Shown in pieces: positions 10,883 to 19,514 of a stretch of DNA of 51,327 bases. A program made the translations under genes and the position numbers. Numbering within the stretch: the first letter of the stretch is position 1; every line of letters starts with the position of its first letter. Where the stretch lies: NCBI GenBank assembly GCA_964543555.1, contig CAZIZA010000001.1, forward strand, positions 1-51,327, given 5' to 3'. Source of the stretch: an uncultured Pseudomonas sp. GTDB lineage: Bacteria; Pseudomonadota; Gammaproteobacteria; Pseudomonadales; Pseudomonadaceae. The notes below the pieces were generated by a model. It worked only from the letters and a program-made list of their open reading frames with translations, was not told the DNA's origin and did no database searches.

Positions 10883-10945
10883 ATGGTCTTAAAGTCCGCG
10901 CCCGAACGTCCATGCTGGAAACGATCCATCCGGCTCAAGTACTGA
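10883..10945 (+). CDS. Candidate speC leader peptide (20 aa, MVLKSAPERPCWKRSIRLKY)
   Basis: GAGGGG Shine-Dalgarno just before ATG 10883; TGA at 10943-10945; lies in the long 5' region of speC. Confidence 0.5.
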   Translation: MVLKSAPERPCWKRSIRLKY

Positions 10946-11147
10946 CGACGAGAGGTTGCCGGCCGGCGCATGGTCGGTACCGGTGATGCTCGGCGACATG
11001 CCTTGGGAAGTAGGCGAACCAAAGTGGGGAAACTGTCAGACGTTCAGGTACGCGTATTGCGCGGCCACCCCCTACACGTAGCGGAACCTGTGAACGGTTC
11101 TGCTGCCCGAATCCATGTGTTCCCGGTTTAGCCATTGGAGTTCCCGC

Positions 11148-12311
11148 ATGTCGATCAAGGTCGAAGACTATTACGCACCCGCCACTTTCCAGCGCATGAA
11201 GGCATTCGCTGATCAGCACGAAACCCCGTTCGTGGTGATCGACCGCCAGATCATCGCTGATGCCTACGATCAACTGGGCACCTGCTTTCCCTTCGCCAAG
11301 GTCTATTACGCGGTCAAGGCCAACCCGGCCGTCGAGATCATCGAGCTGCTGCGTGACAAGGGCTCGAGCTTCGACATCGCCTCGATCTACGAGCTGGACA
11401 AGGTCATGGCCACCGGCGTCGGCCCCGAGCGCATCAGCTACGGCAACACCATCAAGAAGGCGCGCGACATTCGCTACTTCTATGAAAAGGGCGTGCGCCT
11501 GTTTGCTACCGACTCCGAAGCCGACCTGCGCAACATCGCCAAGGCCGCGCCGGGTTCGAAAATCTACGTGCGCATCCTCACCGAAGGCTCGACCAGTGCC
11601 GACTGGCCGCTGAGCCGCAAGTTCGGCTGCCAGCCGGACATGGCCCTGGACCTGCTGATTCTGGCCAAGCAACTAGGCCTGGTGCCGTACGGTATTTCCT
11701 TCCATGTCGGCAGTCAGCAGCGCGATATCGACGTGTGGGATGCGGCCGTGGCCAAGGTCAAGGTGATCTTCGAACGTCTCAAGGAAGAGGACGGCATCAC
11801 CCTGCAGATGATCAACATGGGTGGCGGCTTCCCGGCCAATTACATCCAGCGCACCAATGATCTGGAAACCTACGCAGCGGAAATCACCCGCTTCCTCAAG
11901 GAAGATTTCGGCGATGATCTGCCGGAAATCATTCTTGAGCCGGGCCGCTCGCTGATCGCCAACGCCGGCGTGCTGGTCTCGGAAGTGGTGCTGGTCGCAC
12001 GCAAGTCGCGTACCGCCGTTGAGCGCTGGGTGTATGCCGATGTGGGCAAATTCAGCGGCCTGATCGAAACCATGGACGAATCGATCAAGTTCCCCATCTG
12101 GACCGAGAAGAAGGGTGAGATGGAAGAGGTGGTGATCGCCGGCCCGACTTGCGACAGTGCCGACATCATGTATGAACACTACAAGTACGGCCTGCCGCTG
12201 AACCTCTCCAGCGGTGACCGCCTGTACTGGCTGTCCACCGGCGCCTACACCACCAGCTACAGCGCCGTGGAATTCAATGGCTTCCCGCCGTTGAAGTCCT
12301 ACTACCTGTAA
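11148..12311 (+). CDS. speC: Ornithine decarboxylase (fold-type III PLP enzyme), 387 aa
   Basis: YAVKANP (PLP lysine), FDIAS, SFHVGSQ, NMGGG, EPGRS, GPTCDS and GAYT. GGAG RBS before ATG 11148. Linkage to a piu-type locus as in P. aeruginosa. Confidence 0.88.
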   Translation: MSIKVEDYYAPATFQRMKAFADQHETPFVVIDRQIIADAYDQLGTCFPFAKVYYAVKANPAVEIIELLRDKGSSFDIASIYELDKVMATGVGPERISYGNTIKKARDIRYFYEKGVRLFATDSEADLRNIAKAAPGSKIYVRILTEGSTSADWPLSRKFGCQPDMALDLLILAKQLGLVPYGISFHVGSQQRDIDVWDAAVAKVKVIFERLKEEDGITLQMINMGGGFPANYIQRTNDLETYAAEITRFLKEDFGDDLPEIILEPGRSLIANAGVLVSEVVLVARKSRTAVERWVYADVGKFSGLIETMDESIKFPIWTEKKGEMEEVVIAGPTCDSADIMYEHYKYGLPLNLSSGDRLYWLSTGAYTTSYSAVEFNGFPPLKSYYL

Positions 12312-12377
12312 GGCACTGCAAGCCTTGATCCTGGCCTTGGGCCACCCCGCGTAGGGTGGCTGCGATGCCAGGTAACG

Positions 12378-12402
12378 AACGCCCACCTCGAGTGGGCGTT
12401 TT
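12378..12402 (+). terminator. Intrinsic terminator after speC
   Basis: AACGCCCAC-CTCGA-GTGGGCGTT followed by T residues; preceded by another REP-like hairpin at ~12330-12372. Confidence 0.7.
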
Positions 12403-12495
12403 CATGTCTGCCCAGAACACCTCATGTGTACTGAATCGTCGGTTCAGGGCGCTCTAGGGGGCAGGATAGAAGCGTGGATTTTTTGTTACAAACAA

Positions 12496-12540
12496 GTTTA
12501 TGTAAATCATTCGTAAAGATTGATTGAGATTAAATCTCAA
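12496..12540. promoter_or_regulatory. Fur-like operator region
   Basis: GTTTATGTAAATCATTCGT (12/19) plus a perfect palindrome TTGAGATT-A-AATCTCAA (12524-12540) resembling the Fur 7-1-7 unit. Confidence 0.55.
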
Positions 12541-12577
12541 ATACTATCGCGCACAGTTTCTATCCGGAGTGACTTTC

Positions 12578-14881
12578 GTGAGCGATAAACACAACAAACG
12601 TACCCCTTTCCCCCAGCGTCGTTTGCTGGCCTCAGCTGTCAGCCTGGCTCTGCTGTCCGGTTATGCCGTGGCGCAAGAGACGGCGGTCGAACTGGACGAC
12701 ATCACCGTTCAGGGGCAACAGGACAACGGGTTCAAAGTCGACAAGGCGTCCTCTCCCAAGCAAACCGCCGCCCTGCTCGATACCCCGCAGACGGTCAATG
12801 TCATTCCGGAGACCCTGTTTCGCCAGCAGAATGCCCGTACTCTGACCGATGTGCTGCGCAATACGCCCGGGATCAGCTTCGAGGCTGGCGAAAACGGTTT
12901 TGCCACCGGTACCAACAACTTCAGCCTGCGGGGTTTCAACACCAGCGGCAGCCTGTTCATTGACGGTGCGCGTGATAACGGCAGCTACACCCGCGACGTG
13001 TTCAACGTCGAGCAGGTCGAGGTGTTCAAGGGGCCGGCAGCCGACAATGGCCGCGGTGGCGCCGGTGGTTACGTCAATCAGGTGACCAAGACACCGACCC
13101 TGGACACCTTCATCGCCGGCGGCGCCAGCTTCGGCTTTGATCAGTACGACTCCGAGCCGCGCCGCCGCGCCACGCTCGACACCAACCAGATCATCAATGA
13201 CAGCAGCGCGTTTCGTCTCAACCTGCTGGTCGAGGACAGCGGCGTCGCGGGCCGTGAGCACGCCGAGAAGAACAGCTGGGGTATTGCGCCGTCGGTGGCC
13301 TTCGGTCTGGGCACCGATACACGCGCCATCCTCGTCTATGAGCACGTCGAGATGAACGACCGCCCGGATCTGGGCGTGGCCGGCGTGACGCTGCGCGACC
13401 AGCTCAAGGGGGCCAATACGCCGTTCGATCCTTCGGTGTGGTCGGCCGATCGCGACACGTACTTCGGCCTCAAGTCCGATTTCGACGACACCACCAGCGA
13501 TGCGCTGATGTTCCGCCTCGAACATGATCTGTCCGCTGGCGTCACCCTCAGCAACCAGATACGTCTGGCCCGCGTTGATCGCCAGGCGCGCTACACCCAC
13601 GTACTGGATGACGACAACAACGCCAATGCCGCGCTGGTCAATGTACAGCGCCAGCAGTATGACCGCGTCAACACCTCGCTGAGCAACCTGACCAATCTGT
13701 CCACTCAGTTCAACACCGGTGGGTTGCGTCACAACCTCTCGGCAGGTCTTGAGCTGAGCCGTGAAAAGTCCGAGTCGCTGGGCTTCCAGTCGCAGACACT
13801 GCCGGGGCTGGTCAATGTCTTCGATCCGGATTGGGAGCGCAGCGTGCCGGCCGCTCTGGCCCCTCGTGACCGCACCAAGGTCGACGTCGATACCGCCGCG
13901 CTGTATGTCTACGACACCATCGAGATCAACCCGCAGTGGCAGGTGACCGGTGGTCTGCGTCTCGAGCAGTACCAGGCGAGCATCAGCAACAAGCGTCTGG
14001 ATGGGGCTGCCGCGCCGGGCGATGACTTCGATGACACCGAGTTGAGCCTCGGCGGCAAGCTGGGCGTGGTCTACAAGCCGCTGCCCAACGGCAGCGTCTA
14101 CGCGGCCTACGGTGTATCCACCCAACCGCCGGGTTCCTACCTGTCCAACTCGGATATCTCCCGGAGCGACCAGGGCTTGCCGGCGTTGATCAAGGGCGCC
14201 GACCCGGTGCGTGCGCACAGCTACGAGATCGGTACCAAGTGGGACTTCTTCGACAAGCGCCTGTCCACCACTGCCGCGCTGTTCTACACCGAGAAGAAGA
14301 AGGTGGCGATCACCGGGCTGGACGTGGGCCAGACCGGGCCTGCCACCCTCAAGGGCTATGGCGAGCAAGTGGTCAAAGGCCTGGAGCTGGGCGCCAGTGG
14401 CAAGATCACCGACAACTGGGATGTCTTCGGCGGCATCGTATTCATGGACAGCGAGCGCAAGCACAGCGCGTATCTGGATGACGTGCGTCGTCGCGCCAAC
14501 AGTGGCGATTACGGCACTGAGCTGCGCACTGATGGTGACGAGCTGGCCTTCACGCCCAAGGTCTCCGGCAACCTGTGGACGACCTACCGTCTGCCTGTTG
14601 GCCTGACCCTGGGGCTGGGCGCCCAGCATGTCGGCTCGTCCTACCTGGGGCGTCCGGATGACGTCGAGCGCATTGTCGCCAACGGTCGCTACGGCCGTGT
14701 GCCGAGCTACACCACCTTCGCCGCGATGGCCAGCTATGAGGTCAATGCCAATGTGGACGTGCGCCTGAACATCGACAACCTCACCAATGAGGAATACGTC
14801 AGCTCGGCCAACTGGCAGGGCCGCCGTGCCTTGCTGGGTGATCCGCGTACCTTCACCCTGAGCACCAACTTCCACTTCTAA
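12578..14881 (+). CDS. TonB-dependent receptor, Fiu/PiuA family
   Basis: GTG start after GGAG. SSPKQTAALLDTPQTVNVI, LRNTPGISF, FIDGARD and FNVEQVEVFKGPA; ends LGDPRTFTLSTNFHF; piuC follows. Confidence 0.9.
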   Translation: MSDKHNKRTPFPQRRLLASAVSLALLSGYAVAQETAVELDDITVQGQQDNGFKVDKASSPKQTAALLDTPQTVNVIPETLFRQQNARTLTDVLRNTPGISFEAGENGFATGTNNFSLRGFNTSGSLFIDGARDNGSYTRDVFNVEQVEVFKGPAADNGRGGAGGYVNQVTKTPTLDTFIAGGASFGFDQYDSEPRRRATLDTNQIINDSSAFRLNLLVEDSGVAGREHAEKNSWGIAPSVAFGLGTDTRAILVYEHVEMNDRPDLGVAGVTLRDQLKGANTPFDPSVWSADRDTYFGLKSDFDDTTSDALMFRLEHDLSAGVTLSNQIRLARVDRQARYTHVLDDDNNANAALVNVQRQQYDRVNTSLSNLTNLSTQFNTGGLRHNLSAGLELSREKSESLGFQSQTLPGLVNVFDPDWERSVPAALAPRDRTKVDVDTAALYVYDTIEINPQWQVTGGLRLEQYQASISNKRLDGAAAPGDDFDDTELSLGGKLGVVYKPLPNGSVYAAYGVSTQPPGSYLSNSDISRSDQGLPALIKGADPVRAHSYEIGTKWDFFDKRLSTTAALFYTEKKKVAITGLDVGQTGPATLKGYGEQVVKGLELGASGKITDNWDVFGGIVFMDSERKHSAYLDDVRRRANSGDYGTELRTDGDELAFTPKVSGNLWTTYRLPVGLTLGLGAQHVGSSYLGRPDDVERIVANGRYGRVPSYTTFAAMASYEVNANVDVRLNIDNLTNEEYVSSANWQGRRALLGDPRTFTLSTNFHF

Positions 14882-14897
14882 GCACGCTTGAGTGCCA

Positions 14898-14937
14898 GAC
14901 GCCCTGATTGCCACGCAGTCGGGGCGTTTTCATTTTT
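14898..14937 (+). terminator. Intrinsic terminator-like hairpin
   Basis: ACGCCCTGATTG...CAGTCGGGGCGT followed by TTTCATTTTT. Confidence 0.6.
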
Positions 14938-15021
14938 GCGGTAGCAGGTGGGACTTCTTTTCAGATGCTGCCGCACATTAGAATTATTCGCAATGGCGAT
15001 TTGCCCCGGAGAACCCTGAAC

Positions 15022-15702
15022 ATGATGCTGAGCATTCCCGGCGTGCTGAATGCCGAACAACTGCGGCAATGCCGCGCCGCGCTTGAAGGTGGCAACTGGC
15101 AGGATGGCCGGCTCACCGCCGGGCATCAGGCGGTGAGCGTCAAGGCCAATCAGCAGCTCGCTCAGGATGATCCGCTGACCCGGCAACTGGGTGATTTCAT
15201 CCTGGCCTGCCTGGCCCAGCATCCACGTTTCATGGCCGCCGCGTTGCCGCTGAAAGTGGTGCCGCCGCGTTTCAATCGTTACGCCGAAGGTGGCACCTAC
15301 GGTGACCACATCGACAATGCGGTATTCAGCGTACCGGGCACGCCGCATCGGATTCGTGCCGACCTCTCGGCGACTCTGTTCTTCAGCGAACCGGACGAAT
15401 ATGACGGTGGCGAGCTGGTCGTTCACGACCATTTTGGCAGTCACCGGGCCAAGTTGCCCGCTGGCCATTTGCTGCTCTATCCCAGTGGCAGCCTGCATCG
15501 GGTCGAGCCGGTGACACGGGGCGCGCGCCTGGCAGCGTTCTTCTGGGTGCAGAGCCTGGTACGCGAGGAGCCTCAGCGCAGCATCCTGCTTGAGTTGGAT
15601 GACAGCATTCAGGCACTGCGCGAGCAGGTGCCCGACAGTCCCGAACTGGTACGGCTGACCGGGATCTACCACAACCTGGTGCGGCAGTGGACGCAGACAT
15701 GA
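15022..15702 (+). CDS. piuC: PKHD-type Fe(II)/2-oxoglutarate hydroxylase
   Basis: PPRFNRY...GDHIDNA (HxD), DLSATLF...YDGGEL and [18 protein letters not shown]...FFWVQS; GGAG RBS before ATG 15022. Confidence 0.88.
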   Translation: MMLSIPGVLNAEQLRQCRAALEGGNWQDGRLTAGHQAVSVKANQQLAQDDPLTRQLGDFILACLAQHPRFMAAALPLKVVPPRFNRYAEGGTYGDHIDNAVFSVPGTPHRIRADLSATLFFSEPDEYDGGELVVHDHFGSHRAKLPAGHLLLYPSGSLHRVEPVTRGARLAAFFWVQSLVREEPQRSILLELDDSIQALREQVPDSPELVRLTGIYHNLVRQWTQT

Positions 15703-15784
15703 GCCAGCCCCGCGCTTTCTGGGCTGCATGTCCCGGTTTGCAGCCGGTCTACGAATCGACGATGACAACGCGCTGAGAATCGCC

Positions 15785-16888
15785 ATGCCCTTGCCCAAAT
15801 TGCAGCAGATCCCGTCCACCATTGCCGCCGTAGCCGACTATGAGCCTTATGCCCGCGAACGCCTGAGCGAACAGGCCTGGGCCTACCTGGCCGGCGGCGC
15901 GGCGGATGAACTGACCCTGGCGGATAACCGGGCGGCGTTCGAGCGTCTGCGTCTGCGTAGCCGAGTGCTGCAGGACCTGAGCGCTGGCAATACGCGCCTG
16001 CGCCTGTTCGGCCAGGACTTCGATCATCCGATCTTTCTTGCGCCGGTGGCCTACCAGAAGCTGGCACATCCCGAAGGCGAGCTGGCCAGCGTGCTTGCGG
16101 CTTCAGCGCTGGGTGCCGGCATGGTGGTCAGCACTCAGGCCAGTGTCGAGCTGGAAACCATCGCGGCGCAGGCGCAGGCGCCGCTTTGGTTCCAGCTGTA
16201 TATCCAGCCGGATCGCGCGTTCACTGCGGCCTTGATCCATCGTGCAGAAAGCGCCGGCTACCAGGCGCTGGTGCTGACGGTGGATGCCCCGGTCAACGGT
16301 GTACGCAATCGCGAGCAGCGCGCCGGTTTCGCTTTGCCTGCGGGTGTCGAGGCGGTCAATCTGCGCGGGATGCGACCCTTGCATGCACAGGCCGATCCGC
16401 AGAACGGCAGCCTGCTCCTGGGCGGCCCGTTGCTGGCTGCGGCGCCGACCTGGGCCGACCTCGCCTGGCTGCGCGGGCAGACGCGTTTGCCGATCCTGCT
16501 CAAGGGCATCATGAGCGGCGTCGATGCCGAGCAGGCGCTGGCGGCAGGTATGGATGGGCTGATCGTTTCCAACCATGGTGGCCGCACACTCGATGGTCTG
16601 CCTGCAACCCTGGACGTGTTGCCCGAAGTCGCTGCGGCCGTGCAGGGGCGGGTGCCGCTGTTGTTGGACGGCGGCATCCGGCGTGGCAGTGACATCTTCA
16701 AGGCGTTGGCGCTTGGTGCCGATGCGGTACTGGTGGGCAGGCCTTATGTATACGGTTTGGCAACGGCTGGGGCTGTGGGGGTGGCTCATGTGCTGCAGAT
16801 CCTGCGTGCCGAACTGGAAGTGACCATGGCGTTGACGGGCTGTCGGCACCTGCAAGACATCGGTCCTCAGTCGATCTGGGGGCTCTGA
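15785..16888 (+). CDS. FMN-dependent alpha-hydroxy-acid oxidase/dehydrogenase (LldD/glycolate oxidase family)
   Basis: YLAGGAADE, WFQLY, LTVDAP, LLKGI, SNHGGRTLD and DGGIRRGSDIFKALALGA; start at 15785 or 15728. Confidence 0.9.
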   Translation: MPLPKLQQIPSTIAAVADYEPYARERLSEQAWAYLAGGAADELTLADNRAAFERLRLRSRVLQDLSAGNTRLRLFGQDFDHPIFLAPVAYQKLAHPEGELASVLAASALGAGMVVSTQASVELETIAAQAQAPLWFQLYIQPDRAFTAALIHRAESAGYQALVLTVDAPVNGVRNREQRAGFALPAGVEAVNLRGMRPLHAQADPQNGSLLLGGPLLAAAPTWADLAWLRGQTRLPILLKGIMSGVDAEQALAAGMDGLIVSNHGGRTLDGLPATLDVLPEVAAAVQGRVPLLLDGGIRRGSDIFKALALGADAVLVGRPYVYGLATAGAVGVAHVLQILRAELEVTMALTGCRHLQDIGPQSIWGL

Positions 16889-16963
16889 GGGGCTGAGTGA
16901 GGGCGTTGCAGTATCGGGGGGTGAGAGGAGTTTTATGTAAATCTAATTAATATTGATTCTTGT

Positions 16964-16991
16964 TTGACATTGAAATATTTACACATACTAT
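16964..16991 (+). promoter_or_regulatory. Sigma70-type promoter
   Basis: TTGACA, 16-nt spacer, TACTAT, within an AT-rich tract. Confidence 0.55.
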
Positions 16992-17068
16992 AGCTGCGTC
17001 CCTGTCGCTGATGGCCGAGGGAATGTCTGCCGCCTGTTGTGCGGAAACTCAGGCACAAGACTGTGTGA

Positions 17069-17087
17069 GTTTATGCAAATAATTATC
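17069..17087. promoter_or_regulatory. Putative Fur box
   Basis: GTTTATGCAAATAATTATC, 14/19 by hand count. Confidence 0.65.
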
Positions 17088-17112
17088 AATATCAAGCTAT
17101 AGGTCGTATTGA

Positions 17113-19323
17113 ATGAGTGCCACAACCCATCACCAGGCTCTGCCTGCCAAGCGTCTGCTGGTGACGGCTATCGGGGTAGCCGTTGCATCGTTTGCGTTAC
17201 CGGTATTGGCTGCTGAGTCGGTAAAACTTGAGAGTGTGACCGTCGAAGGAGAGCGTCAGGAGGGGTTCAAGACCAGCGAATCGTCTTCGGTCAAGTACAC
17301 AGCCCCCTTACTCGATACACCGCAAACCGTCACGGTAGTGCCGCAGAAGGTGATTGCGCAGCAGCAGGCTCTGAGTCTGCGTCAGGTCTTGTCGAATGTT
17401 TCGGGTATAACCTTCACCGCAGGCGAGGGCGGTGGCGGTTCAGGCGACAGCATCAATATTCGGGGTTTCGGTGCCAACGCCAATATGCAGATCGACGGCT
17501 TGCGCGACAGCACCCAGACCAACCGTACCGACACCTTCAATATCGAGTCGGTCGAGGTGATCAAAGGGCCCAACTCGGTATTCGGCGGCAGCGGGACCAC
17601 CGGTGGCTCAATCAATCAGGTCACCAAAGCGCCGGTACAACGCGATTTCACTCGCCTGGGTGCCAGCCTGGGTACCGACAGCTATCATCGCCTGACACTC
17701 GACAGCAACCAGACGCTGGAGGGTGTCGGCGTCGACAGCGCGTTCCGTTTGAATCTGATGACGCACGAAAACGATGTGCCCGGTCGTGAGCAGATCGACC
17801 GCAAGCGCTGGGGCATCGCACCCTCGCTCGCGCTGGGGCTGAGTGAGGACACGCGTCTGACGCTCAGTTACTTCCATCAGACCGATGACCAACTGCCTGA
17901 CTACGGCGTACCGGCAATCGATGGCAAGAAAATCGCGGGTGTCGACCGTGATGCCTATTTCGGTTGGAAGAACCTGGACAAGGACGACATCAAGACCGAT
18001 GCCTTCACGGTCAAGTTCGAGCACAGTTTCAACGACAGCCTGAGCGTGCAGAATCTGACGCGCTACAGCCTGATCGATCGCAATACGGTGATATCGGCTT
18101 CTCACGTCAACACCACGGGTGTGCCTGCAGGTAACTATCGTCCCGCCGGTCCGCAGGCTTATGGGCGTGATATCAACAGCGAGATGCTGATCAATCAGAC
18201 CAACCTGCGCGCTGACTTCGAGACCTTGGGGCTGTTGCACAGCCTGGCGACCGGGGTCGAGGTATCGCGTGAGCACTTCGATCTGAAGACCTATAACCAC
18301 GGCCTGGGCTCAGGCGCAGCAGCCTATCCGGGTAACGGCTATTCGCTGGACAACCCACCCGGTTACTGGATGGGCCCGGTCAACAAGACGGTCACTGCCG
18401 AGACCTCGACGCGTCTGGACAATCAGGCTGTCTACGTCTTCGACACCATTGCCCTGAACCCGCAATGGGATGTGAATCTGGGGTTGCGCTACGACTGGAT
18501 CGAGGGTGATTACGAAAGCACGGCGCTGCCGTCAGGTGCGCTAACCACGCTTGATACCCGTGATGAAAAGCTCAGTGGGCGAGCCGGCCTCGTCTACAAG
18601 CCTACCGATAATGGGCGTATCTATGTGGCCTATGGTACTTCGTTCAACCCTTCGGCCGAGTTCCTGGTGACCACGGGCGGTGGTGTGTCAGCAGCGACCG
18701 CTGATCTGTCGCCGGAAAAGAACAAGACCTGGGAGCTGGGAACCAAGTGGGAGCTGCTCGACAAGCGTCTTGAAGTCGATGCCGCGCTGTTCCGGGTGGA
18801 AAAGTCCAATGCCCGCGAAACCATGGCTGACGGCAGCACCCAGTTGGCCGGAGAGCAGCGTGTGCAAGGTGTCGAGCTGGGGCTGACGGGGCACATCACC
18901 GAGCAGTGGGATGTGTTTGCCAATTACACGGTACTGAGCAGCGAAACCCTCAAGGCTGCGGACACAGCCGCCGGGATCGCGCGCGAAGGGCAGGCGCTGG
19001 CCAATACACCGCCGCGTTCGTTCAACCTGTGGACGGTCTACGAGTTACCCGCCGGGTGGTCCGTGGGCTACGGCGCACGGTACGTCAGCGAGCGTAATGT
19101 CAGCTCCAGTGGCAGCGCCAAGCTTGATGCTTACTGGCTGCACAACGCCATGGTCGGCTATGCGGTCAATGAAAACCTGGATCTGCAGCTGAACCTCAAC
19201 AACCTGTTCGATGAGGATTATGTCGAGCGCGTACGCCAGACTCCCGGCACCTCGGCACGTTCGTCTGCTATCGAATACGGCGATGGTCGCTCGGCCATTC
19301 TGTCGGCGACCTACAGCTTCTGA
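17113..19323 (+). CDS. Second Fiu/PiuA-family TonB-dependent receptor
   Basis: SSVKYTAPLLDTPQTVTVV, GITFTAGEGG, IDGLRD and FNIESVEVIKGPNS; ends GDGRSAILSATYSF. Confidence 0.9.
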   Translation: MSATTHHQALPAKRLLVTAIGVAVASFALPVLAAESVKLESVTVEGERQEGFKTSESSSVKYTAPLLDTPQTVTVVPQKVIAQQQALSLRQVLSNVSGITFTAGEGGGGSGDSINIRGFGANANMQIDGLRDSTQTNRTDTFNIESVEVIKGPNSVFGGSGTTGGSINQVTKAPVQRDFTRLGASLGTDSYHRLTLDSNQTLEGVGVDSAFRLNLMTHENDVPGREQIDRKRWGIAPSLALGLSEDTRLTLSYFHQTDDQLPDYGVPAIDGKKIAGVDRDAYFGWKNLDKDDIKTDAFTVKFEHSFNDSLSVQNLTRYSLIDRNTVISASHVNTTGVPAGNYRPAGPQAYGRDINSEMLINQTNLRADFETLGLLHSLATGVEVSREHFDLKTYNHGLGSGAAAYPGNGYSLDNPPGYWMGPVNKTVTAETSTRLDNQAVYVFDTIALNPQWDVNLGLRYDWIEGDYESTALPSGALTTLDTRDEKLSGRAGLVYKPTDNGRIYVAYGTSFNPSAEFLVTTGGGVSAATADLSPEKNKTWELGTKWELLDKRLEVDAALFRVEKSNARETMADGSTQLAGEQRVQGVELGLTGHITEQWDVFANYTVLSSETLKAADTAAGIAREGQALANTPPRSFNLWTVYELPAGWSVGYGARYVSERNVSSSGSAKLDAYWLHNAMVGYAVNENLDLQLNLNNLFDEDYVERVRQTPGTSARSSAIEYGDGRSAILSATYSF

Positions 19324-19352
19324 GGTTTGGGTCGTCACACATTGCAGCAGCT

Positions 19353-19381
19353 ACGCCCCGACTGGTTCGGGGCGTTTTTGT
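19353..19381 (+). terminator. Intrinsic terminator
   Basis: ACGCCCCGA-CTGGT-TCGGGGCGT followed by TTTTGT. Confidence 0.75.
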
Positions 19382-19514
19382 CAGCGCTCCGCGCGTACTC
19401 TCTGGCCCGCGATACCGTCCAGACGCCTGCAGCGTGCAGATGACGTTATGTGCACGAGTGTGGCTGGCTTGCCCTCAGCCACGTTGGCCGGTCTCGCGCT
19501 TTTGGCGTCGCGGG

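Noticed and set aside
10942-11000. Hammerhead-like CTGACGA followed by a stem in the speC leader, and CTGATG...GAAAC at ~17008-17048
   Set aside because: The first lacks the GAAA after stem II; the second lacks A9 and stem I.
10944-11150. +1 frameshift producing a uORF-SpeC fusion protein
   Set aside because: The +1 frame matches the speC frame, but TAG 11079 and TGA 11091 interrupt it.
12632-14914. Long antisense ORFs (760 aa here; also 43..660, 5582..6670 and 45585..47303)
   Set aside because: They mirror well-supported genes on the opposite strand, as expected from high-GC codon bias, and show no recognisable motifs.
12500-16960. PvdS iron-starvation boxes at TAAAT sites
   Set aside because: The required CGT 16 nt downstream is absent at the sites checked.
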